Of a stretch of 14,789 nucleotides of DNA, positions 7,130 through 14,789 are shown in pieces. Numbering within the stretch: the stretch's first letter is position 1; each line of letters opens with the position of its first letter. Source of the DNA: an uncultured Acidobacteriota bacterium. Its GTDB lineage: Bacteria > Acidobacteriota > UBA6911. Made by a program: the position numbers and the translations under genes. The DNA is taken from positions 1 through 14,789 of the forward strand of contig CAWJKZ010000005.1 in the NCBI GenBank assembly GCA_963843575.1, written 5' to 3'. A model generated the notes under the pieces. The model was not told where the DNA came from. It searched no databases and saw nothing but the letters and a program-made list of their open reading frames with translations.

Positions 7130-7873
7130 ATGAAGCACACACACGATCAATACGCGAAGCTGGCCGACCTATACGACCTGTTTTCCCTCGACAAGTACAT
7201 CGAGGCGTTCTATCGCGAGTGGAGGGAGAGCCTCCTGGCGGCGGTGCGGCGGCACAGGCTCGAAGTTCACACCCTGGTCGACCTGGCCTGCGGGACCGGC
7301 AACACCGCCATCCCCTGGACCGGGCAAGGCGGATGGACCGTCATCGGGGTCGATGCCTCTCCCGCCATGCTCCGCCGCGCGCGCAGAAAATCAAAACGCG
7401 TCCGGTGGTATCGCCAGGACCTCAGGGAGCTGAACCTGAAGCAGCGTGCGGACGTCGTGACCTGCCACTTCGACGCCCTGGACCACATCCTCGTGCCGGA
7501 CGATCTGCAGCGCGTGTTTGTGAACGTCGAACAGATGTTGAACGACGGGGGGCTGTTTCAGTTCGACATGAGCACAGCCGCGTGGTTCGAGTGGCTGGCC
7601 GTCCACGAGAAGATGTTCCCCATGGGCCCGCACTACATGATGGCTTACAACCGTTACGACCCGAAGCAGCGGATCGCCACCTTCTCCCAGCTCTGGTTCG
7701 TCAAGCGGGGGAAGCTATTCGAGAAACGGCTGGTCACGGTCCAGGAGCGCGCCTACAGCCCCCGGGAGATAGGCCGCATGGTTCGCAAATCCGGCCTCAC
7801 CCTTCTGCAAGCCAAAGTGCAGCGCAAACTCGAGGGCAAGCCGACCCGCATGCTCTACCTCGTCCGGAAATAG
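7130..7873 (+). CDS. Class I SAM-dependent methyltransferase, 247 aa
   Basis: YAKLADLYD N-terminus, motif I LVDLACGTG, IGVDASPAML, QDLREL, ADVVTCHFDALDH and LNDGGLFQFD. GGGAG RBS at 7118-7122 before ATG 7130. Confidence 0.9.
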   Translation: MKHTHDQYAKLADLYDLFSLDKYIEAFYREWRESLLAAVRRHRLEVHTLVDLACGTGNTAIPWTGQGGWTVIGVDASPAMLRRARRKSKRVRWYRQDLRELNLKQRADVVTCHFDALDHILVPDDLQRVFVNVEQMLNDGGLFQFDMSTAAWFEWLAVHEKMFPMGPHYMMAYNRYDPKQRIATFSQLWFVKRGKLFEKRLVTVQERAYSPREIGRMVRKSGLTLLQAKVQRKLEGKPTRMLYLVRK

Positions 7874-7903
7874 AAGCAGGGCGGCGAACCGGTGAATGCA
7901 GTT

Positions 7904-8869
<966 letters not shown>

Positions 8870-8924
8870 GTTGCCCCCTGCAGCGCCCGAGCCACCGCGA
8901 GTGCGTGAAAGCGGCCGGGGCGCG

Positions 8925-11900
8925 CTATTGCTGCCTGCCTTTGGCCAGCGCCTTGTAGTACTCCTCCACGAGCTTCTTATAGCTGCTGGGGGCTTCGCTG
9001 TCATCCGAATAAAAATATTTGTCCTTCTGGGTGAGTCGCGACAGGTCCCGGCTCAGGTCGAGCTCGACCTGGCGCAGCAACTCGATGGCATTCCTGAGCT
9101 GAGCCACTCTTTCGGGATCGCGGTAGTCGCGCCCCGAATCGATGTTGCGCAGGCTGCCGATGACCTGCTCGAGGTTCTTCATCTGGGTCGGGTTGCGATC
9201 CAGCAGGCGCCTGAGTTCCTGGGCATCCATCATGCGCTGCTGTGTTTCGCGGCGCAGCTGCCGCAGGTCCTCGTCCGAGTAACGGCCGACGCCTGTGGGC
9301 GGCCCGAAGGCGTCGCCGCTCATGCTGCGGCCGTCCGCGGAAGAGCCGCCGGAGGGATTCGTCCCGGGTCCGCCCGGGCTCGAGCCCTCCCTCTGGCCGG
9401 GCTGCGGTGTACCCTGGGCAGACTGCGCCTGCCGGTCCTCACCGGAGCGGCCGGGCTCCCCCGTTTCGCCCGGTGAACCCTGGCGACCCTGCTCGCCTTG
9501 CTGCTGGCCTTGCTGTCGTCCCTGTTGGCCCCGCGGACTTCCCTGCCGGCCGGCCAGCCGTTGCTGCATCGATTCGAGTCCCTCCGCCAGCTGACGCGCC
9601 TTGTTGACGGCCTCCTCCAGCTTGCCCTCGGGTGTCTGCCCCAGGCTGCCCTTGGCCGACTCGAGCTGCCGGGCGATCTCCTCGAGATTACCCCGAATGA
9701 ACTCTTCCCGGCCCTTGATCGGATCGTAGTAGCCCCCCTGAAGCAGCTGGTTGTTGCTTTGGATCCGCTCGGCGAGCCGCTTGTCGCGGATGATGCCGGC
9801 GGCGTCTCCCAGCCGCGCGGAGGCCTCCTTCTGATCCTTGCGGGACTGACGGGACAGCTCCTCGAGCTGGGCGCCGAGGCCCTTCAGGCGGCCGGCCATG
9901 ACGTTCTTGCGCTCGATGATGTCGTCGCGCCTGCGCTGGCCTTCCTGGGAGCCCGCCGCCTGCCGGTCCTGGCTGAGCCTGTCGATGCCCTCCTGGACTT
10001 TCTTCTGCTCCTCCAGGAGCCGGCGGGACTCTTCGAGTGCGCGGTCCATCCCCTGCGCGAGCCCCTGGTTCTGGCCGCGCGCCAGGGCGCGCCTGGCCTC
10101 GTCGAGCTGCTCCACGGCCCGAAGCCCCTGCGCCGTGGCATCCTGACCCTTCGCGCCCCGGTTCCGGTCGAGGGCCTTCTTCATCTCCTCGATCGCCCTC
10201 TGCAGCTGGCTGCTCACGCCGTTGAGCTCCGGGGAACTCCGCTCGCGCGAGAGGCGCTGCAGCTGCCGCTGGAGCTGTTCCGTTTCATCCATGAGCTGCT
10301 GCTGGCTCTGGCCGCCGCCGGAGGAGGAAGGGGAGCCGCCGCCTTTGCCGGCCATCATGCGGTTGCGCTCGTTGAGCTGCTGCTGGCGCTGGGCCAGTTC
10401 CTTGAGCCGCTGCATGGCCTCGTCGATCTTCTGGTCGCGCGCCTGCTGCTCGCCGCGCTGCACGGTCTCGTACTGGTTCTTGAGCTTGTTGAGTTCGAGC
10501 TCGAACAGGTCGGCCAGGTCTTCGGCGTTCGCCTGCGACCCTCCGCTCCCGCCGCTCCCCTGGCTGAAGGACACCTGGATGTCGCGGAACAGGCTTTCCG
10601 CCCGCATCAGCTGCTGCAGGGCCTTCTGCTCGTACGGCAGCGCCTCGACGGGTTTCTGGGCTCCGAGCGCCACCGCGGCCTTTCCCATTTCGACCGTCGC
10701 CGTTGACGAGATATTCGGCGAGCTTGGCGAAGTTTTCGCCGGAATCGGCGGCGCCGCGCCGCTGCAGCCGGTCGACCACGCCCTGGGTCTGGGCCTGGAG
10801 CCGGTTCTGGACCAGCGCGAGCGACTTCAGGTTTTCGAGGTACTCCTTCGCGTCCGTTTTGTCCTTGTCGCGGATCAGCTTGAAGGTCGCGCTGATGATG
10901 TCCTTCTGCTGGTGGCTGAGGGCTTCCTGGCCGCTCTCGCCGCCGCCCGGCATGCCCCCCTGCTGGCTCTGCGTATATTTCTGTTCGAAGGGACGGATCT
11001 GGATGAAGTAGATGTCGGTGCTGGAGGTCCCCGGCCCGGTCACGTTGTTGTTGTCGGCAGCCCTCCCGTAGTAGGAAACGACGTCTCCCGGCTGCAGCCC
11101 GAACTCCTCGAGGAAGAACGTGTGGGAGGCCGTCACCATCGGCCGGCTGGGTTTGCCGTCGTAGAGCGTGAGCGTCTTCTCCTCGCCCCCGTTGACGGAG
11201 TACCGGAGCTCGAGCCGGCCCATCCCTATGTCGTCCTCCGACTTGAGCTCCGAGAAGACCTCCTCGACGTTGGTCGCGCGCAGGTCGCGCATCGGTTTCG
11301 TTATGGACACGGTCGGAGGGGCATCCTCCACCGCCTCGATCTCGTACTCGGGCGAACCCGGGTAGCTCCGCCCGGCGTTGGCCTGGAGCTGAATGACGTA
11401 AGAGCCCGAGCGCGACAGGTCGAATGACCCCGTGAATTCGCGGCCGCCGGCGGCTGCCGCCAGGTCAAGGCCGGTGTGGTTGTCGAACAGCAGGCGTGCC
11501 GAGGCGGCCGCCCGGTTCAGCTTGAGGGCGAACCCGATCTTCGTCCCCTTCAGCGCCGAAATATCCCCTTCACCCTCCACCGTCTGCTCCGCCATCCCGG
11601 TGTAGGCGGGAAACCGGTACGTGAGGCTGAGCTTTTCCACCCGCGGGAGGTCTTCCACGTTCAACCGGTACTCAGGGGAACGCATGCCGTTGGCTTCGAC
11701 GTAGTACTCCATCGAGTTCTGCACGTCGATCAGGAGGTACATGAAGCCGCTGCCGCGCGGCTCCGGCTCCATCGCAAGCGACGACCAGGCTCCGTTTCCG
11801 CCGCTCCGGGTGAAGAGTCTCACCTCGGGGGAATCGAACCCGACCAGCTGGGCCTTGATCTGCTGGTCGGCCCCTTTCGCCAGGTCGGCGTTGCCGGGCA

Positions 11901-12480
11901 CGACCATGATGGTGGAGCGGGAGCGCGAAGACGCCTCAGCCCAGGGCACATACAAACGGTCGAATCCGTACGGGAAAAACGACGGCCCCCAGTTCAGGAG
12001 CGCCAGCAGGGCCAGCAGGGACCCTACCCCCGCCAAGCCGTACACTGCAAGCCGCCGGCGGTCGACAAAAACCGAGAAGTCCACCTTCTTGACCTTCTCG
12101 AGCGCGTCGCGCACGACCAGGTGCAGCATGTCCCCGGATCCCCTGCCCTGTTCGCCCAGCTCGACGGCGGTCACGAGCCGGTCCTGCAGCTGGGGGTAGT
12201 GTTCCTCGATGTATCGAGCGACCTGGGTGTCGGACACGCGCCGCAGCAGCGGCGCGAGGAAGAAGCGGTACGCGATGAACAGGGTGGAGGCCCCGATGAG
12301 CGCCCGCATCGTCCAGACGGCTGCAGGCTTGAACCCGAACAGGTCCGCGCCCCAGACGCCGAGCACCAGGAGCGCCACGACCGACGCGAGCAGCAGGGAC
12401 CCACCCCGCACCAGGGCCTGCATCCGCCATTTGCGGCGCACCGTGCGCACTCGCGACAACAAGCTCTGGTAGGTGTTCAT
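8925..12480 (-). CDS. Large membrane-anchored DUF4175-like protein (3 N-terminal TM segments, Ig-like beta domains, long Gln-rich coiled coil), ~1184 aa with one apparent +1 frameshift at ~10700
   Basis: GGAGG RBS at 12488-12492. The 12480 frame reads sensibly to ...AKLAEYLVN, then AAC G GCG ACG GTC GAA ATG joins the 8925..10688 frame ([13 protein letters not shown]...). It carries [67 protein letters not shown] and the C-terminal [17 protein letters not shown], as in DUF4175/TIGR02302-like proteins of MoxR-DUF58-vWA loci. Confidence 0.75.
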
Positions 12481-12546
12481 ACGGGATCCTCCATTTCAAT
12501 CGTCCCGCCTGCCGTCGCAGGCGGCCCATCTGCCTTTCGCGGGGTC

Positions 12547-14676
12547 TTACGTCGCCCGCGGTTCCGAAGGCGCGTTGCTCCTCGCGGCGTAGAGGTTCGA
12601 CAAGAACCCCTCGCCGATCAGCAACAGCAGCGCCGCCGCAAGAAGGAAGCGCCACAGTCTCTGCCGCCGGTCCTGCTGCTCCGGTGTCAGCCGCTCTTCA
12701 GGCGCGGCCGCCGCGGCAGCCTGACCCGGGGTCGCGGTCCAGCCTGCAGCCCATTCCTCGGAGTTGGCGTGGCTCAGGTCGGACTCGCGCGGGACGGGGT
12801 TGACCGCCACCAGGGTGTTGAAGTTTGCGGCCTTCACCTCGTAAATCCCCGTCCGCTCCGCCAATATCGTATCGTTCGAGGCGGGCATGCGCTGTTTTGC
12901 CGGATCAACCACCGCAATGGCCTGGTTGGGGTCAAAGGCCCCCCGGGACTGCCGCTGCGCCGATTCGACCAGAAGCTCCCTGGGGGCGATCGTGTCGCCC
13001 ACGACGATCCAGCTGCGCGCGGCCTTGAAGTTCTCGAGGTACTTCAGCATCTGCTGCCAGAACGGGGCATAAACGGATTTCAGCGGCAGGTCGTTGCCCG
13101 AATCGTCGGCGGACGAGGCAAACAGGAGGACCCGTCCCCTGCCGTGCGTGGCGGCGACCAGCGCAGGGTCGCCGTTGTCGAAGCGTGCGACCACTTCTGC
13201 CGGCGCGGTGACCGACAGCCGGGCATGCCGGAAGAAACGAGCGGTCGAAAACGACCCGGAGTGCGGCTCGCGGAACGGGCTGAAGACCGGGTGGTCCATC
13301 CTCACGTCCGTCAGGAGAGCGTAGTCCTCCCCGGGCCGGCGCGTGCGTCCCGCGCCGGCGTCTCCGGCCGCCTCGGCCCGCACCGGGATCCACGAACCGA
13401 ACGAGCGGTTGAACTCGCCGGCCGTGGAAGCGTCCGGGAGCACGATGACCGCCCCTCCGCCGTCGCGCACGTTTTCCTCCAGCCTCCTCGCTGCCCCCTG
13501 GGCGCCGGTTCGGACGCCGTTCCAGATGACGAGCGCGGCGGCGCCCGCCCCGCCCGTTTCGAACCTGGCCGGCGCCACGGCGCTCATCCGGTAGGGCGAC
13601 AGCAGCGACACGTTGAGCGCATTGGCGACGAAAAAGCCCGGGGCCCTCCCGCCGCGCCCGCTCCCGGGCTCTTCCACGGAAACCACGGGCGTCTTGCCCC
13701 TCGCTTCCAGGGTCAAAACGAAGCGATTGTCGCGCGTCAGCTCCGGGTCCTCGACTTCCAGCACGGCGGGATGCTGGCCGGGAGCGACCCCCGGCAACTG
13801 GAATTCGGCGGCTTGCACGGAGCCTTTGGGGGAATCGAGGCGCTTCTCGGTCACGGGGCGGCCATCCACCGACAGGGTGACCCGGACGTTCTTTCGATCC
13901 TGCGTGCCGTAGTTCACAACGCCGAACTTGATGGTCACGGCGCCCTGCAACGCATCCTCGCCCTGGATGACGCGGACGTCGCCGATGGCCAGGTTGCTGA
14001 AGTCCTCCGAGCCCAGATCCACCCGCTCGAGCTCGATCCCGGCGCCCAGGCGAAAATCCTGCTCGTCGGCGGCGTTGCCCGTCTTCTGGAAATCCGAGAT
14101 CAGGTGGACGATCTTTCTGCCGGTTCCCGCGTCGAGGGCATACTTCTCGGCCGCCCTCAGCGCCTGGCCGTATCGGGTCGGCCGGTCGGTGACTTCCACG
14201 GCACCGTCGATCTGCTGCCGGACGGAGGCGAAATCGTCCGTCAGCTCGGTCCGGGCCATGGTCGTGTCCGAGAACTCCAGCAGCACGGCCTTGTCTCCCC
14301 GCTGTGCCGTCCCGACGATCTCCGAGGCCGCACGCCGGGCCCGGGTCCAGCGGTCGCGGTAGCCCATGCTGAGCGAGTTGTCGAGCAGGATGATGTGAGC
14401 CTGGGTGACCCGGCCGGCGGCCGCGGCGGACTCCGGCGACGGGCGGAACGGACGCGTGAAGGCAAGGGCCAGCAGCGCGAAGGCCAGTGCGCGCAGCAGC
14501 AGCAGCAACAGATGCCGCAGCTTCTGGTACCGGATCGTCTTCCGGCTGATCCGGCGCAGGAACATCAGGGTTGGGAATTCGAGTTTCCGGGCCCGCTCCC
14601 GTTTGACGAGGTGCAGCAACACCGGCACCGCCGCCGCGAGCGCGCCCAGGAAAAACAGCGGATTCACGAAGTTCAT
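12547..14676 (-). CDS. BatA (N-terminal double-transmembrane) + vWA domain membrane protein, 709 aa
   Basis: MNFVNPLFFLGALAAAVPVLLHL...EFPTLMFL...LLLLLRALAFALLALAFTRP is the BatA/TIGR02226 signature. The vWA MIDAS is ILLDNSLSM...T...LISDFQ. It is followed by an Ig/CARDB-like segment, a class I glutamine-amidotransferase-like segment (VRDGGGAVI, GRGRVLLF, NDLP) and a C-terminal TM (LWRFLLAAALLLLIGE). Confidence 0.88.
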   Translation of the reverse strand: MNFVNPLFFLGALAAAVPVLLHLVKRERARKLEFPTLMFLRRISRKTIRYQKLRHLLLLLLRALAFALLALAFTRPFRPSPESAAAAGRVTQAHIILLDNSLSMGYRDRWTRARRAASEIVGTAQRGDKAVLLEFSDTTMARTELTDDFASVRQQIDGAVEVTDRPTRYGQALRAAEKYALDAGTGRKIVHLISDFQKTGNAADEQDFRLGAGIELERVDLGSEDFSNLAIGDVRVIQGEDALQGAVTIKFGVVNYGTQDRKNVRVTLSVDGRPVTEKRLDSPKGSVQAAEFQLPGVAPGQHPAVLEVEDPELTRDNRFVLTLEARGKTPVVSVEEPGSGRGGRAPGFFVANALNVSLLSPYRMSAVAPARFETGGAGAAALVIWNGVRTGAQGAARRLEENVRDGGGAVIVLPDASTAGEFNRSFGSWIPVRAEAAGDAGAGRTRRPGEDYALLTDVRMDHPVFSPFREPHSGSFSTARFFRHARLSVTAPAEVVARFDNGDPALVAATHGRGRVLLFASSADDSGNDLPLKSVYAPFWQQMLKYLENFKAARSWIVVGDTIAPRELLVESAQRQSRGAFDPNQAIAVVDPAKQRMPASNDTILAERTGIYEVKAANFNTLVAVNPVPRESDLSHANSEEWAAGWTATPGQAAAAAAPEERLTPEQQDRRQRLWRFLLAAALLLLIGEGFLSNLYAARSNAPSEPRAT

Positions 14677-14704
14677 AGTCTAGCCGCGGCCTCCGCCGTC
14701 GTCC

Positions 14705-14788
14705 CTAGTAGAGTTGCTGTCGCCGGAGCAGATAGGTGAACAACGCGTGGTCCAGCGGCTGTCCCGTGTCCAGCAACGCATAGTCGAT
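14705..14788 (-). CDS. 3' end of a DUF58 family protein (truncated by the window edge)
   Basis: Reads IDYALLDTGQPLDHALFTYLLRRQQLY*, typical of DUF58 C-termini. It sits directly upstream of a BatA/vWA gene, the canonical position in MoxR loci. Confidence 0.7.
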   Translation of the reverse strand: MDYALLDTGQPLDHALFTYLLRRQQLY

Positions 14789-14789
14789 C

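Noticed and set aside
8870-9004. N-terminal extension of uxs given in the ORF track (likewise 7007-7129 for the methyltransferase and 6140-6241 for the hypothetical gene)
   Set aside because: The uxs extension overlaps the upstream gene and none of the three looks protein-like. RBS-like motifs and family N-termini support starts at 8869, 7130 and 6242.
10690-10710. Programmed ribosomal frameshift joining the 731-aa and 587-aa ORFs
   Set aside because: There is no slippery sequence or stimulatory structure, and similar indels are scattered through unrelated genes, which favours sequencing error.
11476-14739. 1087-aa + strand ORF
   Set aside because: Antisense shadow of the BatA/vWA and DUF4175-like genes. 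It is R/G/P-rich with no motifs, as expected in high-GC coding DNA.

Overview
GC-rich bacterial genomic window. The gene content is Acidobacteria-like, but that taxonomy is my inference. From left to right: (1) the 3' part of an acyl-CoA dehydratase activase/DUF2229-type gene followed by a GTRG-family REP doublet; (2) a divergent sugar-catabolism module made of a Tat-signal xylose-isomerase-like TIM barrel (- strand) opposite a sodium:solute symporter, a Gfo/Idh/MocA oxidoreductase and a classical SDR (+ strand), with a LacI-type palindrome in the divergent spacer and two copies of a CGCGGAT-type palindromic repeat bracketing the two oxidoreductases; (3) a small accessory patch with an unknown 165-aa protein, a collapsed TIR-domain gene remnant missing from the ORF track, and a SAM methyltransferase; (4) a convergent - strand operon of DUF58 (3' end), a BatA/vWA membrane protein, a ~1180-aa DUF4175-like membrane-anchored Ig/coiled-coil protein and a UDP-glucuronate decarboxylase. 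About nine single-base frameshifts interrupt otherwise intact genes, most simply explained by long-read indel error. I found no tRNA, rRNA, CRISPR array or transposase. All protein calls come from motif recognition by eye, not from database searches.
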